From Candidatus Spongiisociaceae bacterium (GTDB lineage Bacteria > Actinomycetota > Acidimicrobiia > Spongiisociales > Spongiisociaceae), in contig OZ241841.1 of the NCBI GenBank assembly GCA_965202665.1, positions 448,001 through 512,000 on the forward strand: DNA of 64,000 bases, read 5' to 3'. Made by a program: the position numbers and the translations under genes. Positions 1 through 8,899 of this stretch are shown here, one piece after another (positions within the stretch are counted from its first letter, which is position 1; each line of letters begins with the position of its first letter). The notes beneath the pieces were generated by a model. The model was not told the origin of the DNA and ran no database searches. It saw only the letters and a program-made list of their open reading frames with translations.

Positions 1-921
1 TAATAGAAGAAGGAGAGCCGGTAGCGCAGGTGGCTCGGCGGTGTGGGCATGTCCCGGTAGTGCGTGTCCAAATGGGTGCGCCGCTACCGGGAAGAAGGCC
101 AAGCCGGTTTGGAAGACCGGTCGTCGCGGCCGCGCTGCTCCCCCACGCGCACCAGCCCGGAGGTGGAAGAGCTGGTGCTGCGGACGCGGCGGAAGTTGCG
201 GGCGGGGCCCGCTCGGTTGTCGGCGTTTACGGGGGCGCCGGAGCGGACGATCAGCCGCATCCTCCGCCGCCACGAGATGTTGCGCCTGTGGGAACGCGAC
301 CAGCTGACCGGCGAACCCCTCAAAACCCCTCCCGGGCCGGTGACACGGTATGAACGCAGCAGGCCGGGTGAGTTGCTACATATGGACGTCAAGAAGCTTT
401 CATCCATACCCCCCGGCGGGGGATGGAAAATCCACGGCCGGGGCAACGCCCCCGCCGAAGGAGCGGAATGGACTTTTGCGCACTCCGTCGTGGACGACTA
501 CACCCGCCTCGCCTACACCGAGCCGTTACCGGACGAGAAAGGAACCACCGTCGCCGCCTTCGCCGCCCGCGCCCTCCACCACTTCCGCCAACCAGGCATC
601 ATCCACATCGCGGAGATCATGACCGACAACCACCGCAACTACACCCGTAGCCGCCTATTCGCTTCCCTGCTCGCCCAACACCACATCCGTCATATCACGA
701 TCAAACCCTCTCATCCCCAGCAGAACGGCAAAGTAGAACGATACAACCAAACCCTCAAACCCAACTGGGCCAACTCCCAACCCTGGCCCGACAACCAAAC
801 CCTCCGCCACTGGCTCCACTACTACCACAACCACCGGCCCCACTACAGCCTCGGAGGCAAACCACCAACCCCAGACTGTAACCAACCGACCCGCGCCCCC
901 CTTAGCCGGGCAGGAAACTGA
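1..921 (+). mobile_element. IS481-family transposase, degenerate and truncated at the window edge
   Basis: HTH segment SKWVRRYREEGQAGLEDRSSRP, integrase core LLHMDVKKL...VDDYTRLAY...MTDN...PQQNGKVERYNQTLK. An in-frame TAG at 58-60 and an apparent frameshift near 47 separate it from the upstream EPVAQVARRCG segment. Confidence 0.85.
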
Positions 922-1306
922 GGCGAACGGTGCGCAGAGGATTATCCCGGTTGGGATCCACCAGCGCCAGCGACTGCCAGATTCCCAAAGCCAGGCGGCC
1001 GTCCGTCACCGGGATGGTCAGGCTGGGCGACACGAAGGCGGGCAGAATATGGTCGGCCCCGTGCCCGGGGGAGCCGTGACGGTGGGCCCACCGGTCATCC
1101 CGGGGAAAGAGGGTTTGCAGATGGCCGGCCAGGTCCCGGTCGCTGCCCGCCCCCATTTCCAACAGGGCCACCCCGGCCGTGGCGTGCGGGACGAACACCG
1201 ACAGCAACCCGTCCCCCCGCCCGGCGGCGAAGTCGGCCGCCTGGCGGGTGATGTCGGCCACCGCCGTCTGCGAACCGGTGCGCACGGTGAAGGTCTCGGT
1301 TTCCAT
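902..1306 (-). CDS. yjbQ: YjbQ/UPF0047 family protein (secondary thiamine-phosphate synthase-like)
   Basis: FVPHATAGV, HGSPGHGADH and LGIWQSLALVD motifs. Confidence 0.85.
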   Translation of the reverse strand: METETFTVRTGSQTAVADITRQAADFAAGRGDGLLSVFVPHATAGVALLEMGAGSDRDLAGHLQTLFPRDDRWAHRHGSPGHGADHILPAFVSPSLTIPVTDGRLALGIWQSLALVDPNRDNPLRTVRLSFLPG

Positions 1307-1329
1307 CGTTGCTCCGCCGGCGGGCCGGG

Positions 1330-2301
1330 TCAGATGTTTTCGCCCATGAACAGTTCCGACACCGAACTGTCCATGAAGATGGCCTGCAGGGCTTCGGCCA
1401 GCACCGGCGCCACCGACAGCCGGGTCAGTTTTTCGAACTCCTGCACCTGGTCGCTGAGAGGCAAAGTGTTGGTCACCACCACCTCGTCGATCGGCGCCTC
1501 TTTCAGCAGGTCCAAGGCCGGGGGGGACAGCACCGGGTGGGTGGCGGCCACGGTCACGCTTTCCGCCCCCCGCTTGCGCAACAGTCGGGCCGCGTTTACC
1601 ACCGTTCCGGCGGTGTCGATCATGTCGTCCACGATGATGGCGTGGCGGCCTTTCACTTGGCCGATCACGGTCAAAGCCTTGGAGGTGTTGTGCACCGCGA
1701 CTTCACGGCGCTTGTGCACGAAAGCCACGTAGGCGTTTAGATGGCGGGCGTACCGTTCCGCCCTTTTCACCCCGCCCGCGTCGGGGGAGACCACGGTGGC
1801 GGGGCCTTCCAACTTTTCGGTCAGGTAGTCCACCATCAGCGGCAGGGCGGTCAGATGGTCGAACGGCTTGGGAAAAAACCCCTGAATCTGGCCGGTGTGC
1901 AGATCCACCGAAACGATGCGGTCCGCCCCGGCCGCCACGAACAGGTCGCCGATCAGCCGGGCGGAGATCGGTTCGCGGGGCAGCACTTTTTTGTCGGCCC
2001 GGGCGTAGCCGAAAAAGGGCACCACGGCCGTTATCCGATGGGCGGAGGCCCGTTTCAGGGCGTCCAACAGGATCAGCTGTTCCATGATGTGGAAGTTGAC
2101 TTCGGGGGCGTGGCTCTGCAAAACGAAGCAATCCACTCCCCGAACCGACTCCACCGGACGGGCGTAAACCTCGGAGTTGGAAAACCGGGACAGCTCCAGT
2201 TTGCCCAGCCGCACCCCCATCTCGTCGGCCACCTCCTGGGCCAGTTCGGGGTTGGCCGAACCGGAGAAGAGCATGAACCGGCGGCGGTTCACAAGTTCCA
2301 T
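1330..2301 (-). CDS. prs: Ribose-phosphate pyrophosphokinase
   Basis: FSGSANPELA, GYARADKK, DLHTGQIQGFF, VSPDAGGV and IVDDMIDTAGT motifs; lies directly downstream of glmU. Confidence 0.97.
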   Translation of the reverse strand: MELVNRRRFMLFSGSANPELAQEVADEMGVRLGKLELSRFSNSEVYARPVESVRGVDCFVLQSHAPEVNFHIMEQLILLDALKRASAHRITAVVPFFGYARADKKVLPREPISARLIGDLFVAAGADRIVSVDLHTGQIQGFFPKPFDHLTALPLMVDYLTEKLEGPATVVSPDAGGVKRAERYARHLNAYVAFVHKRREVAVHNTSKALTVIGQVKGRHAIIVDDMIDTAGTVVNAARLLRKRGAESVTVAATHPVLSPPALDLLKEAPIDEVVVTNTLPLSDQVQEFEKLTRLSVAPVLAEALQAIFMDSSVSELFMGENI

Positions 2302-2304
2302 CGC

Positions 2305-3684
2305 TCATTCCTCCCGCTGGTTGCGTTCCCGGCGGCGTTGCGCGTATCCGGGTATTTCCTTTTGCGGGCTGCGTTCGATGCCCAAAGAACCCGCCGAAAC
2401 GTCTTTGGTGATGACCGAACCGGCCCCGGTGTAAGCCTCGTCTTCCACCGTGACGGGGGCCACCAAAACGTTGTTGGAGCCGATGTTCGCCCCCCGCCCC
2501 ACGGTGGTGCGGTGCTTTTGGTGTCCGTCGTAGTTGGCGGTTATGGTGCCCGCCCCCACATTGGCTTCTTCGCCGATGTCGGCGTCCCCCACGTAGGCCA
2601 AATGGGGGACTTTGGCCCCCCGCCCCACCCGGGACTGCTTGATTTCCACGAAAGTCCCCGCTTTGGCCCCTTCGCCCAGTTCGGCCCCGGCCCGCAGGGA
2701 AACGTAGGGGCCCACCCGCGCCCCCGGCCCGATCACGGCCCCTTCGGCCACGGCGTGGGTGATGCGGGCGTCTGCCCCCACCTCGGTGTCCCGCAACAGG
2801 ACGTCCGGACCGATCTCCGCCCCTTCCTCCACCGACGTGCCGCCTTCCAAATGCACCCCCGGGTAGAGGCGCACCGAGGAGGCCAGTTGCACCCCCACGT
2901 CGATGTAAACCCGGGAGGGGTCCAGCATCCACACCCCTTCCCGCATCCAAGCCTGGTTGATGCGGCGGCGGGTGATCTCCGCCACCCGGGCCAGCTGATC
3001 CTGGGTGTTCACCCCCGACAGTTCTTCGGCGGAGGTTTTGTAGGCGCTGATGGCGTGGCCCTCCTCCCCCAGGATGGACACCACGTCCGGTAGGTAGTAC
3101 TCGCCTTGGACGTTGTCGGCGGACACTTTTTCCAGGGCGTCCATGATGAATTCGGCGTCGAACACGTAAGCCCCGCCGTTGATCTCTTTGATCTCCCGTT
3201 CTTTGGTGGTGGCGTCTTTGTGCTCCACGATGCGCACCACCCGATCCCAGCCGTCCCGCACCACCCGCCCGTAACCGGCGGGGTTGTCGGCTTCGGTAGT
3301 GACGCAGGTGACGGCCGCCCCGGTGCGCCGATGCGTTTGGCTCATCGCCAGCAGGGTGCGGCTGGTGATGAGCGGCATGTCCCCCGACAGCACCACCACC
3401 TGATTCTCCCCGTCGATGGGGTCGGCCCGCAACGCGGTGAGCAGGGCGTGGGCGGTGCCCAGTTGCCGTTCCTGCACCACCGGACGGGCGTATTCGGGCA
3501 GGGAAGCCGCCACGTCCTGCGCGTCGGCTTTGATGATCACCACGATCCGCTGGGGTTCCAGCGGCACCACCGAGTCCAGCACCCAATGCAACATGGGCCG
3601 GCCGGCTACTCGGTGCAACACCTTGGGGATGCGCGCTTTCATGCGGGAACCGGGCCCGGCTCCCAGCACGACCACCTTCCTCAT
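2305..3684 (-). CDS. glmU: Bifunctional UDP-GlcNAc pyrophosphorylase / glucosamine-1-phosphate acetyltransferase
   Basis: LGAGPGSRMK...PKVLH, GYGRVVR, NVQGEYYLPD, hexapeptide repeats, HLAYVGDA and GAGTITANYDG. Confidence 0.97.
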   Translation of the reverse strand: MRKVVVLGAGPGSRMKARIPKVLHRVAGRPMLHWVLDSVVPLEPQRIVVIIKADAQDVAASLPEYARPVVQERQLGTAHALLTALRADPIDGENQVVVLSGDMPLITSRTLLAMSQTHRRTGAAVTCVTTEADNPAGYGRVVRDGWDRVVRIVEHKDATTKEREIKEINGGAYVFDAEFIMDALEKVSADNVQGEYYLPDVVSILGEEGHAISAYKTSAEELSGVNTQDQLARVAEITRRRINQAWMREGVWMLDPSRVYIDVGVQLASSVRLYPGVHLEGGTSVEEGAEIGPDVLLRDTEVGADARITHAVAEGAVIGPGARVGPYVSLRAGAELGEGAKAGTFVEIKQSRVGRGAKVPHLAYVGDADIGEEANVGAGTITANYDGHQKHRTTVGRGANIGSNNVLVAPVTVEDEAYTGAGSVITKDVSAGSLGIERSPQKEIPGYAQRRRERNQREE

Positions 3685-3731
3685 TGCCTAGTCGCTCTCC
3701 TTCGGGCGTTTGTCGGTGTTTTGCCAATCGG

Positions 3732-3803
3732 CTGGGGGGACAGGAATCGAACCCATACTTGCAGGACCAAAACCTGCCGTGCTGCCTGTTACACCACCCC
3801 CCA
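3732..3803 (-). tRNA. tRNA-Gln(TTG)
   Basis: Minus strand reads TGGGGGGTGGTGTAACAGGCAGCACGGCAGGTTTTGGTCCTGCAAGTATGGGTTCGATTCCTGTCCCCCCAG. Acceptor stem TGGGGGG/CCCCCCA, anticodon arm GCAGG-TTTTGGT-CCTGC, T-loop GTTCGATTC. CCA is not encoded. This is the usual position upstream of glmU. Confidence 0.95.
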
Positions 3804-3850
3804 GGGCGGCGACGGCGCCATTCTACCCCCTGTCGGGGACGAACCGCCCT

Positions 3851-4756
3851 TTATTCTGAAACTGGGTCTTCTTCCACGGCCGCCCCCCGGGCGGCGGGGG
3901 CGGCGGAGAAGGCGGCCCGGGCCTCCTCCGGAACCAGCTCCAGCCCGGCGGCGGCCTCCTCCCGGTCGGCGAACAACCCGTACAAGGCGGGGCCGCTGCC
4001 CGACATCAGAACCGGACGATCCCAACGGTCCCGCAGTTCGGCCCGCCAGTCGTCGATTTCCGGGGCGAGCCGCGCCGCCGCCGGATACAGGTCGTTTCCC
4101 AACGGCCCGTATTCCCGCAGGGACGGCGGCAAATCTTTTTCTTGGGCGGCGCCCCCGGACGGCCGGGCCCCCCCGCCGTCGGCCAGGCCGTCCCAGGTTT
4201 CATACACCCGGGCGGTCGGCAACTCCACCGGGGGCACGGCAACCGTCGCCGTGAAATCGCCGGGGAGGGGAAGGGGAGGCCCCAGCCGTTCCCCGTAGCC
4301 GGCGACGAACCGCAGTCCCCCGTGCAGGCAGAACGGCACATCGGCCCCCACCCGGCCCGCCACTTCGTCCAGGTCGTATTCGCCGGGGCCGTCGGCGGCG
4401 GCGCCCGTCAAACGGCGGTAGGCGAGCAGGGCGGCGGCGGCGTCGGAGCTGCCTCCCCCCAAACCGGCCGCGGACGGGATTCTTTTCAGCAGTTCGGCTT
4501 CCACCGGCGCGCCCGCCCCGGCCGCCTCCCGCAAAGCGGAAATCGCTTTCCAGACCAGATTGTCCCCCCCTTCCGACAGATGGGGACCGCCGATAATGCG
4601 CAACCGGTCCCGGTCGCCGCGGCGCATGTACAGAAGGTCGCAGTGGTCCACGGTCAGGAAAAACCCGGACACCGGATGCAAGCCGGAGCCGTCCCGTTCC
4701 CCCACCCGCAGGGAAAGGTTGAGTTTGGCGGGGGCCCGGGCCCGCAACCCGGTCAT
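3851..4756 (-). CDS. ispE: 4-diphosphocytidyl-2-C-methyl-D-erythritol kinase
   Basis: APAKLNLSL, KRIPSAAGLGGGSSDAAA, GADVPF and MSGSGP. The real start is the ATG at 4756, overlapping the rsmA stop; the ORF track over-extends it. Confidence 0.95.
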   Translation of the reverse strand: MTGLRARAPAKLNLSLRVGERDGSGLHPVSGFFLTVDHCDLLYMRRGDRDRLRIIGGPHLSEGGDNLVWKAISALREAAGAGAPVEAELLKRIPSAAGLGGGSSDAAAALLAYRRLTGAAADGPGEYDLDEVAGRVGADVPFCLHGGLRFVAGYGERLGPPLPLPGDFTATVAVPPVELPTARVYETWDGLADGGGARPSGGAAQEKDLPPSLREYGPLGNDLYPAAARLAPEIDDWRAELRDRWDRPVLMSGSGPALYGLFADREEAAAGLELVPEEARAAFSAAPAARGAAVEEDPVSE

Positions 4757-5568
4757 GCCCCGACCGCCCCGGCCAATGCCAGAAACCGGTCGGCGGATAA
4801 TTCTTCGGCCCGCGCCCGGGGATCTATCCCAGCCTGTTCCAACAGGGATTCGGCGCGGTCGCCCAACTCGGTCCGCAACGAGGCGCGCAGCATCTTGCGG
4901 CGCTGGGCGAACCCGGCCGAAGCCAGCCGGGCCGCCCGGCTGCGCACCGGGTCGGGCGGGGCGGTGCGGGTGAAAGACACCACCGCCGACCACACGTTGG
5001 GCGGGGGCACGAACACCTGCGGCGGCGCCCGGAATTCCATCCGCGCTTCCCCGTAGAGGGCCATCACCGCGCTGGGAAACCCGTATCTCCCGGAGCCGGG
5101 GGCGGCGGTCAGCCGTTCCGCCACCTCCTGTTGCAGCATCACCGCCCCGCCCGCCAGGCCGGGGGCCTCCCGGAGCAATCCCAGCAGGATGGGGGTGCCC
5201 GCCCCGTAGGGCAGGTTGGCGGCCAGCCCCCAGCGGGGGGCAGTCATCGGCCCCGGCCCTTCCCAGCGGGTGGCGTCCTCGAAGCGCACCTCCGCCTCCC
5301 GCCCCGCCAGGGCTTCTTCCATAACCGGCCGCAGGCGGGTGTCTATTTCCACCGCGGTGACCGCGAATCCGGCTTCGGCCAACTCCCTGGTGAGGGTTCC
5401 GGTTCCCGCCCCGATTTCCAACACCGGGAAACCGGGCGGAAAGTCCAGCAGGGAGACAATTTTGCGGATGAGGTTGCGGTCCGCCAGGAAATGCTGACCC
5501 CACCGGCGGAGGGGGGTTACCCCGTGCCGGGCCAGCAGGCCGTTGATTTCGGTTCGGTTCTGGCTCAT
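4753..5568 (-). CDS. rsmA: 16S rRNA m6(2)A dimethyltransferase KsgA
   Basis: WGQHFL, VLEIGAGTG, ANLPY, MLQQEVAERL, FVPPPNVWS and FAQRRKML. Confidence 0.95.
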   Translation of the reverse strand: MSQNRTEINGLLARHGVTPLRRWGQHFLADRNLIRKIVSLLDFPPGFPVLEIGAGTGTLTRELAEAGFAVTAVEIDTRLRPVMEEALAGREAEVRFEDATRWEGPGPMTAPRWGLAANLPYGAGTPILLGLLREAPGLAGGAVMLQQEVAERLTAAPGSGRYGFPSAVMALYGEARMEFRAPPQVFVPPPNVWSAVVSFTRTAPPDPVRSRAARLASAGFAQRRKMLRASLRTELGDRAESLLEQAGIDPRARAEELSADRFLALAGAVGA

Positions 5569-6314
5569 CGGCTGAACACCTCCTCCGCCCGGGCCGAGGT
5601 GAGGCGGGCCACCGCGGAGGGATCCATCCCCCACACTTGCGCCAAGGCCTCCCCCACCAGGCTCACGTAGGCGGGCTGGTTGGGTTCCCCCCGGTGGGGC
5701 GGGGGGGCCAGATAGGGGGTGTCAGTTTCCACCAGGGCGCGTTCGGGGGGAATCTCCGCCACCCCCCGCCGCACCGTATCCCCAGTTGCGAAAGCCACCG
5801 GCCCGGCGAAGGAGAAAGTGACCCCCAAGTCGGCGAACCGGCGGGACCATTTCGGACCGCCCGTCCAGCAGTGCAACACCACCCACGGCCCCGCCCCTTC
5901 CCGTTCCAAAATGTCGTGCGTTTCCCGAAAAGCGTCCCGGCAATGGGTCACCAAAGGTTTACCGATCTGGATGGCGGCACGCAGGTGAGCGGTGAAACTT
6001 TCCACCTGCGCCGGGCGGGGGGACAGGTTGCGGTAGAAGTCGAGGCCCGTCTCCCCCACTGCGTCGGCTTCGTCCATCATCGCCCGCAGGCCGTCCCATT
6101 CCTCCGGGAAACGGGACGCTTCGTGCGGGTGCAGTCCGGCCGCAAACCGCACCCGCCCCGGAAAGTCCCGGGACAGGCGGCGGGCCGCCCGGCTGGAGGC
6201 CAAGTCGACTCCGGGAACCACCACCCATTTGACATGTCCGGCTTCTTCCAAAAGGCGGGCCGGGTCGCGCCCGTCCAGCTGCAAATGGCAATGCGTGTCC
6301 ACCCATTTTTCCAT
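5565..6314 (-). CDS. tatD: TatD family deoxyribonuclease
   Basis: DTHCHL, GLHPH, VGETGLD, HCRDA, LHCW and ETDTPYLAP. Confidence 0.93.
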   Translation of the reverse strand: MEKWVDTHCHLQLDGRDPARLLEEAGHVKWVVVPGVDLASSRAARRLSRDFPGRVRFAAGLHPHEASRFPEEWDGLRAMMDEADAVGETGLDFYRNLSPRPAQVESFTAHLRAAIQIGKPLVTHCRDAFRETHDILEREGAGPWVVLHCWTGGPKWSRRFADLGVTFSFAGPVAFATGDTVRRGVAEIPPERALVETDTPYLAPPPHRGEPNQPAYVSLVGEALAQVWGMDPSAVARLTSARAEEVFSR

Positions 6315-6458
6315 CCCCGACAAGGGTAGTGAATAACTTTTCAACCTGATTACCCTATCACCGGAACCCAACTTGCCGTCGGCAAAGGGCCTTGCGCGCC
6401 CCGCCCGGCGGAAAGGTTGGTAGCACGGATAAAGAAACAGGGAAGGAGCGGAGGACCA

Positions 6459-6743
6459 ATGTCAATGGGCATGTCCCGCAAGCTGGATGACTTGGGCCGC
6501 TTGGTTATACCCATCGAAACCCGGCGTATGCTCAGTATCCGCCGGGGGGACAAACTGGGCATCGAGGTGAACGGCAACACCATTGTCCTCACCAAGATGA
6601 CCCATTCGGTCACGGTAGGCCCCTTTGAGTTGGACGTGGACCGTCAGGCCCTGTCCAACTGGGTCGACCAGATGGTGGATGAGGTCGGCAGCGACGATCC
6701 GGAAGCAATCGCGGAGGAGATTCGCCGCCGACTAGGACTTTAG
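6459..6743 (+). CDS. AbrB/MazE/SpoVT family DNA-binding protein
   Basis: GMSRKLDDLGRLVIPIETRRMLSI closely matches the AbrB N-terminal signature; GGAGG RBS before ATG 6459. Confidence 0.85.
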   Translation: MSMGMSRKLDDLGRLVIPIETRRMLSIRRGDKLGIEVNGNTIVLTKMTHSVTVGPFELDVDRQALSNWVDQMVDEVGSDDPEAIAEEIRRRLGL

Positions 6744-6803
6744 GGCCATCCGAGCAGTATTGGCCGCGCCCCGCCCCGGGGCGCGGCCAATCTTTCAGTG
6801 AAA

Positions 6804-8096
6804 CTAGGGGGCGGGCCCGGCGCGGGCGGGCGGTTTTACGGTTCTGGTCGAGGGCGGAGGGGCGTTGGGCGGTTTGCTCCGGGGCCGGGTTTGCCATCTT
6901 TTTCCATTTTTTTCCAATTCCAGGTTGTGTTCCTGCAACTGCCGGTGATGGGGCCCGCACAGCAAAGCCAAGTTGTCGATGTCGGTGGGACCCCCGTCGC
7001 GCCAGTCCAGCAGGTGATGCAAATCCGTCTGGTGGGAAGAAATGTCGCATCGGACGCATCCCCGATCCCGCACCGCGGCGGCCAGCCGTTGCGCGTCGTT
7101 GCCCAAGCGACGGCTGCGTCCCAGCCACAGCACCCGCCCGTCGCCGCCGAAGATAATCCCGCACACGTTGTCGTCCGGGGAGAGGTCCGCCAACAGGGAA
7201 GGCGGAACCGGCCCGCTGCCCAAAATCTCGCATGACCCGTCGGGGCGGGTCCCGTCCAACAACCCCAGGTCGGCCACTACCACCAACTGCGTAACCGCTT
7301 TACCCGACTTATTGTCGGGAAGGGGACGCATGGTGTCGGCGTCCCGGCCGGTCAACAGTTCCACCAAAGCGTCCGCCCGCCGTTGCGGGTTGGTGCGGAT
7401 GTCATCGGGATGAGCCTCCCCGCCGGAGTCGGCCCGCCGCAGATTCTCGGCGTGCAAGTCCAAGGCCTGCCGCACCTGCCCGAACCGGATGGGATCCAAC
7501 TCGGCGTGCAAGATTCCCATCCCGGTTCCCGGTTCGGTGAACATTTTCACTTTCCGCAGGCGCCGTTGCCGTTCCAGCAGTTTCTCCCCCCGGTCGGCGG
7601 AGTGGGCGTTGGCCCACTGCTTGGCCTCCTTGCGGAAATGGTCCGGGTTGGTTCGGGCGGCGTTCTCCAACAAGTCCCGGTTCTGATCGACCTGCGCCGC
7701 CCCGCACTCCCCCGCCGCCGCGGTCAGCGCCGTGGCGTTCTCCAAAGTGATCTCCCCCGCCTGCAACTTGGCCCGCGTGTTGGGCATCTCCTCCAACTTC
7801 TGCGCTACCCGTGAGAGGTGCTTGGCCCCATGGTTGGTCATGCCCAACTGGTCCCGCAACACATGGTCCGCCCCGGCCCCTCCGTCGGCGCGGCTCAGTT
7901 GTCCGGCCAAGTCGCATTTCAAAGAGGACACCTGGGCTTCCATCCGTTTCACCGTCTCCGCCAGCTCGCCCAACGCCGCCCGGGACAGGCCCGCCCCCAC
8001 CTGCCCGCGCAACTCAGCCACGGCGTCGGCGGTGGCGGCCTCGGCCCGCTGGCAGACCCGCCGCAACTTGTCGGTAATAGGGTTGTGCTGTTTCAT
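6804..8096 (-). CDS. DUF222 domain + HNH endonuclease (13E12-like)
   Basis: QRRADALVEL, LGRSRRL, AVRDRGCVRC...HHLLDWRDGGPTDIDNLALLCGPHH. Start placed at ATG 8096 because of the promoter position. Confidence 0.88.
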   Translation of the reverse strand: MKQHNPITDKLRRVCQRAEAATADAVAELRGQVGAGLSRAALGELAETVKRMEAQVSSLKCDLAGQLSRADGGAGADHVLRDQLGMTNHGAKHLSRVAQKLEEMPNTRAKLQAGEITLENATALTAAAGECGAAQVDQNRDLLENAARTNPDHFRKEAKQWANAHSADRGEKLLERQRRLRKVKMFTEPGTGMGILHAELDPIRFGQVRQALDLHAENLRRADSGGEAHPDDIRTNPQRRADALVELLTGRDADTMRPLPDNKSGKAVTQLVVVADLGLLDGTRPDGSCEILGSGPVPPSLLADLSPDDNVCGIIFGGDGRVLWLGRSRRLGNDAQRLAAAVRDRGCVRCDISSHQTDLHHLLDWRDGGPTDIDNLALLCGPHHRQLQEHNLELEKNGKRWQTRPRSKPPNAPPPSTRTVKPPARAGPAP

Positions 8097-8106
8097 AGTG
8101 TTCACC

Positions 8107-8128
8107 ATAGTAAATAGAGGGTGTGACA
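8107..8128 (-). promoter_or_regulatory. PafBC / RecA-NDp-like DNA-damage promoter of the DUF222-HNH gene
   Basis: Minus strand TGTCAC-N10-TACTAT resembles the actinobacterial TGTCGG-N10-TANNNT motif and ends about 10 nt before ATG 8096. Confidence 0.55.
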
Positions 8129-8453
8129 TTTTTGGATTGTATAGGGTATAACCGATTAGAGAACTATATTATTCCCATATTCTACATTATTTAAAAATAT
8201 CTGTCAAATCGGAAGATGCCAGTAGTAGGAAAGGGCACAGGAAAAATCAAGGAACGGCGAGCGGGGGTGGAGGCGCCGATCCCGACCGCCAGTTTCCCGC
8301 CATGGGGCTGGCAACGGCTCGCGTTGGGCGGCGGGCTCTAAGAAAACTTTTCGCGTTCTCGAAAAATTTAAAAATTCGGGGTACCCACCCACCCCCCGCC
8401 CACCCGCCCATAACATACGGCGATTTTTTGGAAAATTCAAGGGGGGCGATAGA

Positions 8454-8551
8454 GATATTTTTCGCGTTCTGGAATACCGCCGATGGCCACCGGCTTCCAG
8501 GTCAAGTTCCGCATGGGGCCACAGTGATATTTTTCGCGTTCTGGAATACCG
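8454..8551. repeat. 26-bp perfect direct repeat, two copies (partial third copy at 8348-8359)
   Basis: GATATTTTTCGCGTTCTGGAATACCG at 8454-8479 and 8526-8551, period 72. Confidence 0.9.
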
Positions 8552-8554
8552 GGG

Positions 8555-8800
8555 CCGCGAAGGCAACCGCCTGGGGTGTGCTTTCCGCACCCACCCCAAA
8601 CATCACGCCACTAGCCGAACCGGAACCGCGAAAGCAACCGCCAGAAGCATGCTCACCGCACCCACCCTAAACGTTGCGCCGCTGGCTGAACCGGAACCGC
8701 GAAGGCAACCGCCAGAAGCATGCTTGCCGTTTAGCCACCACTTCCTTTCCTCCGTCCGATGAGGCGCAACGCGAAGGCAATCGCCTGGGGCGTACTGCTG
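8555..8800. repeat. Degenerate tandem repeat of about 71-73 bp, four copies
   Basis: Core CGCGAA(G/A)GCAA(C/T)CGCC begins near 8555, 8626, 8697 and 8770; units 1-3 share longer flanks. Confidence 0.8.
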
Positions 8801-8818
8801 TTTCAGCCGTACACCGGG

Positions 8819-8884
8819 TCAGTGGCCGAATGCCTGCTGGGCGGGGGCGGCGGCCTCGTGGGGGTGTTGCAGGATGTTGTTCCA
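8819..8884 (-). pseudogene. Relic 3' end of a further DUF1156 methyltransferase copy
   Basis: Translates as WNNILQHPHEAAAPAQQAFGH*, compared with [19 protein letters not shown] in the intact paralog. Confidence 0.75.
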
Positions 8885-8899
8885 GATCCATAGGAAGGG

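Noticed and set aside
1-921. Active IS481 element
   Set aside because: In-frame stop at 58-60, an upstream frameshift and no clear right terminal inverted repeat.
3732-3850. tRNA-Gln as an integration site for the accessory block
   Set aside because: It is flanked by glmU and ispE, with no integrase and no duplicated tRNA 3' end that I could find.
8454-8800. Possible CRISPR array
   Set aside because: Only two perfect 26-bp copies; the later units are tandem repeats whose intervening sequences resemble each other; no cas genes in the window.
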